64,000 nt of DNA from a virus: the IMG/VR virus record IMGVR_UViG_3300010354_000073, positions 4,558 through 68,557 of that record; one strand, written 5' to 3'. Position 1 is the stretch's first letter. Each line of letters begins with the position of its first letter. Of this stretch, positions 50,786-57,286 are shown in pieces. The position numbers were made by a program, and so were the translations under genes. The notes beneath the pieces were generated by a model that was not told the DNA's origin, made no database searches, and worked only from the letters and a program-made list of their open reading frames with translations.

Positions 50786-51121
50786 CTAATTTGCAAAAGT
50801 TCTTGTTGAACCCTTTGCAATCTTAATGTTGTTTTCAGCATTCAGAATGTCTAATTGTAGTGCAACTAATTTTTTATTCACAAATACTTTTTTACTTGTG
50901 GAAATTGCAACTCGTTGACTTTGACAAGGAACTGGTACTGGAATGGGTGGAGTAACTCCAACAACTGGTGTTAAAACATCCCCTGCTTTGATCACTGCAA
51001 TTTTATCTGCAAATACTGTAGATTTTAAACTTGTGTTCGATGTCAACGGAGCAGGTTGTGTGTTACATGAACCACTACCTCCAGTGTCAACTCCCAAATA
51101 TATTGCGATTGGTTTACCCAT
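50786..51121 (-). CDS. PAAR-like baseplate spike-tip protein (gp5.4-like)
   Basis: TVFADK.AV..AGD, KVFVNKK.VA...D, IAKGSTRTFAN pattern; upstream of gp25. Confidence 0.65.
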   Translation of the reverse strand: MGKPIAIYLGVDTGGSGSCNTQPAPLTSNTSLKSTVFADKIAVIKAGDVLTPVVGVTPPIPVPVPCQSQRVAISTSKKVFVNKKLVALQLDILNAENNIKIAKGSTRTFAN

Positions 51122-51305
51122 TGGTCTCTAAATTTTTTAGACGTACTTCGACATCATTTAAAAAACTGACAATGTTTTCATGTTCTTCGCCACCAGGGCG
51201 CTTGTACATTAATTCAGGAACTTGCAATTGTGACACTGCTTCCTCTAAATCTTCAATTCTCTTCAGTAAGGAGCTCAGTACCTCCTTCAAGTCCATCAAA
51301 TCCAT
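51114..51305 (-). CDS. Hypothetical protein
   Basis: 63 aa, RIEDLE...LMYKRPG.EEHE. Confidence 0.7.
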   Translation of the reverse strand: MDLMDLKEVLSSLLKRIEDLEEAVSQLQVPELMYKRPGGEEHENIVSFLNDVEVRLKNLETNG

Positions 51306-51492
51306 CTGTAACTCTCTCCTTTCTAATCATGTCATTGTAAATTGTCTCTACGTCAAATCTGCTGCTGTCCAGGTTGCCAGCATAATAATCAATCGCTACG
51401 TCTTGTATCTTTTCTGCAAATTCATTGAAATCATCAAAAACTTGTTCTTTCAATGAACCATCCTTTGTTTTGTGAGTGATTCGATGTTTCAT
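51253..51492 (-). CDS. Hypothetical protein
   Basis: 79 aa; late promoter GATAAATA at 51555-51562. Confidence 0.7.
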   Translation of the reverse strand: MKHRITHKTKDGSLKEQVFDDFNEFAEKIQDVAIDYYAGNLDSSRFDVETIYNDMIRKERVTDGFDGLEGGTELLTEEN

Positions 51493-51554
51493 GGTGTGAA
51501 TTCTGGGGAAATTTTTTTGGGGGAAAAATTTTTTGGATTAGGGATCCTAATGAA

Positions 51555-51562
51555 TATTTATC
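51555..51562 (-). promoter_or_regulatory. Late promoter GATAAATA, first of the late block
   Basis: NATAAATA variant upstream of 51492. Confidence 0.55.
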
Positions 51563-51693
51563 GGTCGTCTGGATACTTTTGTAGGTTAGAGAGGGTCAAA
51601 TATGGGACCCGCTTGGCGATCGGATTCGATACACCATCACCCAAAAATACTGTGCTATTCTTTATACTAACTGTTTCAGAAGAAGAATACTTT

Positions 51694-51712
51694 GGGGGGC
51701 GTAATCGCCCCC
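51694..51712 (-). terminator. GC stem-loop closing the early block
   Basis: GGGGGCG-TAAT-CGCCCCC just after the 51724 stop; weak U-tract. Confidence 0.55.
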
Positions 51713-51723
51713 GCTAAGTGTCA

Positions 51724-52002
51724 CTAACTGTTGGCGAACTCGATGTACTCCAGGTCGCCATTCTTGCGTGCCTTCGCTATCACTGAACCGAGGGACAATC
51801 CTCCCAGGTCGGGTGATGCAATGATGGCAGAAAGATGGGCGATGAAGCGATCAGTGCCCCTGAAGATGTACGCCTTCTCGGTGTTGCTCTGGAAGATCAA
51901 TTCGACGTAGTTGCCATCAATCTCCACGTTGGCGATTGCACTCGACTCGTCTACACTGAAGGAGCGATAGATCGGGGCGGCGTTGATGATGAAGGAAGGC
52001 AT
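51724..52002 (-). CDS. KTSC-like domain protein 1
   Basis: ESSAIANVEI....VELIF.....Y.F......SLGS.I..A pattern resembles KTSC; similar to 56017..56241. Confidence 0.55.
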   Translation of the reverse strand: MPSFIINAAPIYRSFSVDESSAIANVEIDGNYVELIFQSNTEKAYIFRGTDRFIAHLSAIIASPDLGGLSLGSVIAKARKNGDLEYIEFANS

Positions 52003-52066
52003 GGTTTGAGAAGAGAATTGGGTGGGGTGGGGGCGGTGTGCCCCCGTTGCTCGCTATCCTACCACA

Positions 52067-52348
52067 TCAGATGGCGGAGTTGCGATTCTGTGCCCACTGG
52101 GCGAGGCGCTTGGTGCTCGCCTTGTTGAACACCCGATCGCTGGGGGCGCCGTCGAGCAGGTGGCGACCCGCTGCCTTGGCACATGCCTGGAGGGCACGGC
52201 GACCCTGGCGGTCGGTCTGTGCCAGGTTGAGCAGCAGGGTGGCACGGTGCCCGCCGATCACCTGGGGGCGGTTGATCAGGATCTGAGCGACTCGCTCGGC
52301 GTCACCCAGGAAAGCAGCGAAGCGGGAGGAGGGGATGATGGGAAGCAT
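52067..52348 (-). CDS. Early hypothetical protein
   Basis: 93 aa downstream of promoter cassette 52394-52449. Confidence 0.65.
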   Translation of the reverse strand: MLPIIPSSRFAAFLGDAERVAQILINRPQVIGGHRATLLLNLAQTDRQGRRALQACAKAAGRHLLDGAPSDRVFNKASTKRLAQWAQNRNSAI

Positions 52349-52393
52349 CGGTCTCGGTTGGTGGTGGGGGGATCTCTCTCCCCCCGTGTCCTA

Positions 52394-52449
52394 ATTATAG
52401 CGGGTCGGGGGTCGCTGTCGAGGGTCGGTGGACAGTTCCCGAAGTGGCA
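52394..52449 (-). promoter_or_regulatory. Early promoter cassette: palindrome + TCGACA + TATAAT
   Basis: GGACAG-N8-GTGGCA at 52430-52449; -10 at 52394-52399. Confidence 0.75.
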
Positions 52450-52450
52450 C

Positions 52451-52624
52451 TCAGTCGCGGTCGCTGATGCTCCAGGTGCCCCAGGTGCTAGGATCGGGGG
52501 CAGCGATGCGACCCTCGCGAATCGCTTGGCGGTGTGCCTCCTCCTGGTGCAGGCGGTTGGCGTATGCCTCCATCGCCATCATGCAGGCGAGGTCTTTAGC
52601 GGCGAAGTCGTTGGTGATGAACAT
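52451..52624 (-). CDS. Small early protein (57 aa, not in track)
   Basis: MFITNDFAAKDLACMMAMEAYANRLHQEEAHRQAIREGRIAAPDPSTWGTWSISDRD; own promoter. Confidence 0.75.
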   Translation of the reverse strand: MFITNDFAAKDLACMMAMEAYANRLHQEEAHRQAIREGRIAAPDPSTWGTWSISDRD

Positions 52625-52647
52625 GGGTGTCGGTTGGTGACTTGATC

Positions 52648-52706
52648 AGTATAGACCCTAGCGGGGCATCTGGCAACCACCAGGGAGGACACTGTTGATG
52701 GTGTCA
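52648..52706 (-). promoter_or_regulatory. Early promoter cassette: palindrome + TTGCCA + TATACT
   Basis: GGACAC-N8-GTGTCA at 52687-52706; -10 at 52648-52653. Confidence 0.75.
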
Positions 52707-52825
52707 CAACGGGCGGCGGTTGCTTCGTTGATCTGTGCAACGGTGAAGCGGGTGGCATCAACGACCACGAGACCCACCCCGACAGTCAGACCAGAGGTGA
52801 GCAGGTAAGCGAGGAGACGTGCCAT
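52658..52825 (-). CDS. Small membrane/secreted early protein (55 aa, not in track)
   Basis: MARLLAYLLTSGLTVGVGLVVVDATRFTVAQINEATAARCDTINSVLPGGCQMPR. Confidence 0.65.
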   Translation of the reverse strand: MARLLAYLLTSGLTVGVGLVVVDATRFTVAQINEATAARCDTINSVLPGGCQMPR

Positions 52826-52827
52826 GA

Positions 52828-52989
52828 TCAGCGATCGAACTGGGCGAGGGAGGAGGGAGCGATGTGGGAGGGTGACCCACAGGAGCGGTAGAATTCTACC
52901 ATACGCTCTGCCTCATCGAGGGTGGGGAACCACTGTGACCGCCACTCACATGCATTGTAGGGGGTCTGGTAGCGGACTTCGATTCTCAT
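52828..52989 (-). CDS. Small early protein (53 aa, not in track)
   Basis: MRIEVRYQTPYNACEWRSQWFPTLDEAERMVEFYRSCGSPSHIAPSSLAQFDR; own promoter. Confidence 0.75.
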   Translation of the reverse strand: MRIEVRYQTPYNACEWRSQWFPTLDEAERMVEFYRSCGSPSHIAPSSLAQFDR

Positions 52990-53012
52990 GGGTGTGTGTG
53001 GTTGATGTGATC

Positions 53013-53071
53013 AGTATAGAGGCAGGAAGGGGGGGCGGTGTGCCCCCCAGTGGACAGATCACAAACCGTCA
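53013..53071 (-). promoter_or_regulatory. Early promoter cassette: palindrome + G/C hairpin + TATACT
   Basis: GGACAG-N8-CCGTCA at 53052-53071; hairpin 53029-53048; -10 at 53013-53018. Confidence 0.7.
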
Positions 53072-53343
53072 TGCCATGGGGTGCCGAACGCTGCCATCAT
53101 CTCATCATCGCTCGGTTCCCACTGGTCTGCGATCATGGCGGCGATGGTCTCGGGTGCCATCTGGTTGAGAATGCCCTCGATGGCGGCATCAAGTGCCCAC
53201 TCGTTGTGCTCGGTGAAATCACCACCACCCAACCCGAAGGAATCGTCGAGAATGGCGTCCACCTGGGCGAGCATCTCATCGAGGTTGGTGGGCATCTCCC
53301 AGGTCTCATCGATCTGGGCGTTGTCAGTGAAGGCGAAGGTCAT
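53059..53343 (-). CDS. Acidic early hypothetical protein
   Basis: MTFAFTDNAQIDETWEMP...; start re-assigned to ATG 53343 downstream of promoter. Confidence 0.7.
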   Translation of the reverse strand: MTFAFTDNAQIDETWEMPTNLDEMLAQVDAILDDSFGLGGGDFTEHNEWALDAAIEGILNQMAPETIAAMIADQWEPSDDEMMAAFGTPWHDGL

Positions 53344-53368
53344 GGGTGTTCCCTTGGTTGACTCACAC

Positions 53369-53425
53369 AGTATAGGGCAGCAGGGGGGCAGCACAACCCC
53401 CCATGTGCCACTTGTCACACTGTCA
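53369..53425 (-). promoter_or_regulatory. Early promoter cassette: palindrome + G/C hairpin + TATACT
   Basis: TGCCAC-N8-CTGTCA at 53406-53425; hairpin 53383-53402; -10 at 53369-53374. Confidence 0.75.
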
Positions 53426-54143
53426 CAGGTTGCTTGACCTTTGCCTTCTGCACCTTACGATTCGCCCTCGCTGCCTTGCCCCACTCACTGCCAGCGGGTT
53501 GGGTGCCATGCACCAGGAGAGCAAAGGGACCATCCTCAAAGCAGGAGCGATCCTGAGAATCTACCTTGAAACCTGCAGCGATTGCATCATCCTCACTCAT
53601 GAACACTTTGCTATAGCGAGGGAACAAACCTGCATCGATCATGTGATCAAACTTGCCACCATAGGAGGCAGTGAAGTAGAAGTTCTCAGGCAGAGTCAAA
53701 CCATCAAACAGTGGCAGATTCTTGCTGTAGCAATAGAACTTGAGATCAGGATTGTGCAGTGCAACCATCAACCACGCTTGGAGATAAGCAGCAGAGAAGA
53801 AATCACCTGATTCATGAATACGAACGAACTTGGTGTTTTTCTTCCTCGCTTTCTGCAACGCTTCGTTGATAACGTTAGCACAATTCCCTTCCCTGAGAGA
53901 TGCAATGATCTCTTGGAGGTTGTTTGCTCGATTCTGATAGACACCATCGTATTGCACCTCAGATGATGCAGCGAAACAACGGAATTGGGTGTGCTCACCA
54001 TCACGAATCGAACGCTTGCCGTTCTCATCAGTAACAGCGAAGGAGAGGCAATACAAAGCACCTGGGCAGGTCTTACCTGCGGGCAGGTTGAAGATCACGG
54101 TTTGCTTGTTGAGTTTGGCGTTGCCGTGTGAGAAGTGAAGCAT
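53415..54143 (-). CDS. GP88-like (gene product 88 family) protein
   Basis: GNAKL, NLPAGKTCPGALYC, CFAA, VRIHESGDFFS..YL.AW, FYCYSK. Confidence 0.7.
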   Translation of the reverse strand: MLHFSHGNAKLNKQTVIFNLPAGKTCPGALYCLSFAVTDENGKRSIRDGEHTQFRCFAASSEVQYDGVYQNRANNLQEIIASLREGNCANVINEALQKARKKNTKFVRIHESGDFFSAAYLQAWLMVALHNPDLKFYCYSKNLPLFDGLTLPENFYFTASYGGKFDHMIDAGLFPRYSKVFMSEDDAIAAGFKVDSQDRSCFEDGPFALLVHGTQPAGSEWGKAARANRKVQKAKVKQPVTV

Positions 54144-54166
54144 GGTGCCTCGGTGTTGATGTGATC

Positions 54167-54225
54167 AGTATAGGGGGCACGATGCCCCCCTGTGGTGGTT
54201 CACTGTGCCACTTCAGAAAGTGTCA
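54167..54225 (-). promoter_or_regulatory. Early promoter cassette: palindrome + G/C hairpin + TATACT
   Basis: TGCCAC-N8-GTGTCA at 54206-54225; hairpin 54173-54190; -10 at 54167-54172. Confidence 0.75.
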
Positions 54226-54493
54226 CATCACATACCCCATAGTATGCTTTCTCTGTGCTAGCACTAACAAACAGCAGCACACGCTGAGCAACACGAAGCA
54301 GTTGCTGTTTGCCACCGTCGATGTACCATTGACGAACACGGTTTGTAACCCAAACTGTAACGCCAACGACTACACCCAACACAGTGGCAATTGTATAAAG
54401 AATCTGTTGAATGGTTTCGTTGTTAGAAACTTCATCCATCAGTTCATTATACTTTTCGATCATCGGATTGTTGAAAAGAATTGCGGTGTTCAT
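54200..54493 (-). CDS. Early membrane protein
   Basis: 97 aa with TM segment ILYTIATVLGVVVGVTVWV. Confidence 0.65.
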   Translation of the reverse strand: MNTAILFNNPMIEKYNELMDEVSNNETIQQILYTIATVLGVVVGVTVWVTNRVRQWYIDGGKQQLLRVAQRVLLFVSASTEKAYYGVCDVTLSEVAQ

Positions 54494-54540
54494 TGTTGTA
54501 GAGAATTGAACAGCATGGTCGATCTCTCAACCACGAACAC

Positions 54541-54635
54541 ACAATAACACCAACAACCACCCAAGTCAAGTGATAGTGGACAGTTCAACAAGTGGCACAC
54601 AATCACTTGACAAACACAAAAAAATACCCTAGTTT
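54541..54635. promoter_or_regulatory. Palindrome with divergent sigma70-like promoters
   Basis: GGACAG-N8-GTGGCA 54578-54597; minus TTGACT-17-TATTGT; plus TTGACA (54607-54612)-17-TAGTTT. Confidence 0.6.
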
Positions 54636-54659
54636 GTATAAAGAAACACAAACTAGGGT
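54618..54659 (-). terminator. Rho-independent terminator
   Basis: ACCCTAGTTTGT...ACAAACTAGGGT followed by ATTTTTTT on minus strand. Confidence 0.7.
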
Positions 54660-54671
54660 TTGTATAAAGAA

Positions 54672-54803
54672 TTAGTTATCAGTAGTGTATTCTATTTCAT
54701 TATCACCGTAACTATAATCATCATATACTTCATCATTATTGTTATTATGCTGTTCTTCTAATTCTATTGTAACATATTCTACAAAAGATAATGTTGCTGT
54801 CAT
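54672..54803 (-). CDS. Small acidic protein (43 aa, not in track)
   Basis: MTATLSFVEYVTIELEEQHNNNNDEVYDDYSYGDNEIEYTTDN; own promoter and terminator. Confidence 0.55.
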   Translation of the reverse strand: MTATLSFVEYVTIELEEQHNNNNDEVYDDYSYGDNEIEYTTDN

Positions 54804-54829
54804 AAGAAATTAGAATTAATTACAATTAT

Positions 54830-54858
54830 ATTTTATAACATTTTTCTGAATTTGTCAA
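54830..54858 (-). promoter_or_regulatory. sigma70-like promoter TTGACA-17-TAAAAT
   Basis: TGTCAA 54853-54858 and ATTTTA 54830-54835 on plus strand. Confidence 0.65.
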
Positions 54859-54866
54859 GTTTTAAT

Positions 54867-54903
54867 AAAATGGGAAATCTTAATTTCTTAGATTTCCCAT
54901 TTT
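54867..54903. terminator. Bidirectional-type terminator hairpin
   Basis: AAAATGGGAAATCT-N9-AGATTTCCCATTTT. Confidence 0.7.
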
Positions 54904-54909
54904 TGTAAA

Positions 54910-55089
54910 TTATTCGTTTTCTAGCAAATCGGGATAATAATCATTAATTTCAGAAATGAGTTCCTCGTCAGTATAACTGGTGAGGTTTTCTTCCATCTGA
55001 TCACCAACAATCTGAAGCAGATCTTTGGTGCTCATGTTGTCAAGCAAACGATCAATGTATGCTTCAACAAGTGCTTGGCGGTCAATCAT
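54910..55089 (-). CDS. Small early protein (59 aa, not in track)
   Basis: MIDRQALVEAYIDRLLDNMSTKDLLQIVGDQMEENLTSYTDEELISEINDYYPDLLENE; ATGA-coupled. Confidence 0.75.
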   Translation of the reverse strand: MIDRQALVEAYIDRLLDNMSTKDLLQIVGDQMEENLTSYTDEELISEINDYYPDLLENE

Positions 55090-55214
55090 TTGCGAAGAGG
55101 AGAAGAGTAGTAACGACGAAAGGCGGTAACAACAATAATAAACGTTGAAACCACACCAACCAAACCAAGGAAGGTGACAGCATCACCAGTGAAATTGTAA
55201 GTGTCAACCATCAT
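55086..55214 (-). CDS. Small single-TM protein (42 aa, not in track)
   Basis: MMVDTYNFTGDAVTFLGLVGVVSTFIIVVTAFRRYYSSPLRK; ATGA overlaps at both ends. Confidence 0.75.
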   Translation of the reverse strand: MMVDTYNFTGDAVTFLGLVGVVSTFIIVVTAFRRYYSSPLRK

Positions 55215-55393
55215 ACATCGTAGCAAAGGTACTCGGACTTTTCTTGAAGAAACATTTCACGATCAGCATCAGACAACCATGGAATTGATGCCATGAAGTT
55301 GTAGTGATCGACCCAGGTGGCACATGATGACATGATAGCATCGTGTGCAACGACTCGGTTGTAAAAGTGAGCGTTGTCGCAGGTCATTGCCAT
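55211..55393 (-). CDS. Small early protein
   Basis: 60 aa downstream of promoter cassette. Confidence 0.7.
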   Translation of the reverse strand: MAMTCDNAHFYNRVVAHDAIMSSCATWVDHYNFMASIPWLSDADREMFLQEKSEYLCYDV

Positions 55394-55419
55394 GGGGTGA
55401 ATCCCTCAGGAACAAATCA

Positions 55420-55476
55420 AGAATAACATGGGGAGGGGGGCATGTCAACCCCCCTGTGCCACTTCAGATAGCGGAC
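55420..55476 (-). promoter_or_regulatory. Early promoter cassette: degenerate palindrome + TTGACA in hairpin loop + TATTCT
   Basis: TGCCAC-N8-GCGGAC 55457-55476; GGGGGG-CATGTCAA-CCCCCC 55435-55454; -10 at 55420-55425. Confidence 0.7.
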
Positions 55477-55640
55477 TTGAAACCACGACTCCACAGGGCA
55501 AGACGCATCGTGCTAGCCTTGCGAACCTGATCCTGGGTGCGACCTTGGGCAATGGCGTTGGTTTGAAGCACCTTACGTTGGGCATCAGCACCACACACCA
55601 TCACATCACGGGCGGTTTGCAGGAGTTGCTGGGAAGTCAT
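55464..55640 (-). CDS. Small early protein
   Basis: MTSQQLLQTARDVMVCGADAQRKVL...; start re-assigned to ATG 55640. Confidence 0.65.
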   Translation of the reverse strand: MTSQQLLQTARDVMVCGADAQRKVLQTNAIAQGRTQDQVRKASTMRLALWSRGFKSAI

Positions 55641-55688
55641 TTGAGAACCTCGGGTAGTGTTTGCTCGGGGTGTTCCCCCGATGAACAT

Positions 55689-55746
55689 AGTATGGCACCC
55701 ACCAGACCCCTCTGCAACCGCCTGTGTGCCACCTCTAGAACTGTCC
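55689..55746 (-). promoter_or_regulatory. Early promoter cassette: palindrome + TTGCAG + CATACT
   Basis: TGCCAC-N8-CTGTCC 55727-55746; -10 at 55689-55694. Confidence 0.7.
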
Positions 55747-55767
55747 TAGGGGGATATCACCAGACAC

Positions 55768-55790
55768 AAAAAAAGGGGCATGATGCCCCT
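55768..55790 (-). terminator. Rho-independent terminator
   Basis: AGGGGCA-TCA-TGCCCCT-TTTTTT on minus strand. Confidence 0.85.
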
Positions 55791-55795
55791 GAATA

Positions 55796-55966
55796 TTAAT
55801 TATCCCAGTCACCGCTGTATTCATCGTAATCCTTGAATTTGGTTTGCCGTTTACTTCGAACTGAGTAACGCTTGGCATTCTGGACTTCGTAACCGTAGTC
55901 CTCGTATTCATCTTCAAGTGGCAGATCTTTGAAGGATTCTGTGTACTTACGATTGATTTTTGACAT
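55796..55966 (-). CDS. Small charged protein (56 aa, not in track)
   Basis: MSKINRKYTESFKDLPLEDEYEDYGYEVQNAKRYSVRSKRQTKFKDYDEYSGDWDN; stop directly before the terminator. Confidence 0.75.
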   Translation of the reverse strand: MSKINRKYTESFKDLPLEDEYEDYGYEVQNAKRYSVRSKRQTKFKDYDEYSGDWDN

Positions 55967-56016
55967 TTTCTAACTAATTTGACTCCTAGTTGGGGTTAAT
56001 TTGTGTTATTTAGTGC

Positions 56017-56241
56017 TCAAACAGTGGTGAGACGAAGAGTTTGGTCCTCTTTGATTGCTTTATTGATGAAACGACCAACACTTTGGTTGTTTTCAATCAC
56101 ATTCTGCAGTTGAACTGCAAAATCAGCAACTTCGCTGAGATAATTATAGGTTTTGCCACTACCTTTGAAAGTAATAGCAACATCATTACCGTTAACAGAA
56201 ACGGCGTTAATTGCAGTGCTGTCGATGTTAGTAAAGTTCAT
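56017..56241 (-). CDS. KTSC-like domain protein 2
   Basis: DSTAINAVSV....VAITFKGSGKTYNY......SVGRFINKAIK matches the KTSC pattern. Confidence 0.65.
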   Translation of the reverse strand: MNFTNIDSTAINAVSVNGNDVAITFKGSGKTYNYLSEVADFAVQLQNVIENNQSVGRFINKAIKEDQTLRLTTV

Positions 56242-56355
56242 TTTTTAATTTATGAAAGATTGAGATTTTTGAGATTCGAGGTTTTTTAAAAATCACGGTT
56301 TTTGAGATTTTTGAGTTTTTCGAGAAATCTCGAATTCCTCAACCTCGATATTAAT

Positions 56356-56521
56356 AGTATAGGGCATTCGCCCAGTATTGTCAAGCCCTTTGTGACACTC
56401 GATGAACTGTCCCCTGGTCTCCGAGTCCTAAGGTGGGTCTACTGAGATTGTCAAGGGTCTGTGTGACACTTCGAGAACTGGCACAAATCGCCTTGACTTT
56501 CGGTGGGTGGGGCGCTAAGAC
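56356..56521. promoter_or_regulatory. Tandem palindromes with minus-strand TTGACA-17-TATACT and plus-strand TTGACT-17-TAAGAC promoters
   Basis: TGACAC-N8-CTGTCC 56393-56412; TGACAC-N8-CTGGCA 56464-56483; -35/-10 at 56379-84/56356-61 (-) and 56493-98/56516-21 (+). Confidence 0.7.
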
Positions 56522-56596
56522 AACAGCACCCCCGCAGATTTCTAAGCATTCTGCACGATATAGCGAACAAATATATGTTTTTTAACACATTTAAAG

Positions 56597-56637
56597 TTTT
56601 CCACAATTTCCACAGTTTCCACAGGTAGTTTTCCGCA
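56597..56637 (+). repeat. Tandem DnaA-box-like 9-mers
   Basis: TTTTCCACA, ATTTCCACA, GTTTCCACA (adjacent) and TTTTCCGCA. Confidence 0.7.
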
Positions 56638-56641
56638 ACCC

Positions 56642-57286
56642 CTATGATTGATACCTTGATACTCTCTTTTTACCATCAAGAATTTGTGGTTGTAATTCTG
56701 TCTGAAGGTGCATTGTGACTGCAAATGTCGTCCTCCACGCATGTTCCGTAGGTGGTAACGCTTGATGAGCATACAATGCAGGAAATGCCACAATTTTATT
56801 CTGTTGATACTTACAATGATAAAAAGGTTGTTGATCTTTAAAATTATTATAGATCACAGTATCCCCTTCACTTTCATTAATATAATAAAGAAAAGTCCAA
56901 CTGGTATCATGTTCTGCTTCATCAATATGAATTGCTGGTGCATTTGTTGGTGTTTGTCCATTCAATGCAAGACGATGCAATCGTACAAACTTAGCATCTG
57001 GTGAGATGATCTTTGGTCCTTCATTCATAATATAATATGAAAGAAAATCTACAGGTGGTGGAATATTTTTAGGAGTGAAACCTTCTTTAAATCCATCCCA
57101 ATAATAAATCTTACCAAAGAACTGTTGACGATCATTACTTGTACCAGTGGCAGTATGACCGAAACCTAGATCACAACGTTGAAATGCTTCATCCAACCAT
57201 TTGACAGTAGTAGAATCAAACACATTTTCTTTTTCAAAAATGAGTTGTTGTTTTGCTTCTGTCAGTATATAATTAAATTGATTCAT
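56642..57286 (-). CDS. 2OG-Fe(II) oxygenase-like protein
   Basis: HID (HxD), WTFLYYIN..EGDT, HQALPP...R; ATGA-coupled to upstream oxygenase. Confidence 0.75.
   Translation of the reverse strand: MNQFNYILTEAKQQLIFEKENVFDSTTVKWLDEAFQRCDLGFGHTATGTSNDRQQFFGKIYYWDGFKEGFTPKNIPPPVDFLSYYIMNEGPKIISPDAKFVRLHRLALNGQTPTNAPAIHIDEAEHDTSWTFLYYINESEGDTVIYNNFKDQQPFYHCKYQQNKIVAFPALYAHQALPPTEHAWRTTFAVTMHLQTELQPQILDGKKRVSRYQS

Noticed and set aside
52022-54547. Plus-strand ORFs in the GC-rich island (52022..52645, 52824..53168, 53081..53437, 53403..53810, 54128..54547)
   Set aside because: High GC suppresses stops; promoters and coupled small ORFs are on the minus strand
55735-55917. Track ORF MKMNTRTT...
   Set aside because: Runs through a terminator; the alternative frame 55796..55966 fits the terminator better
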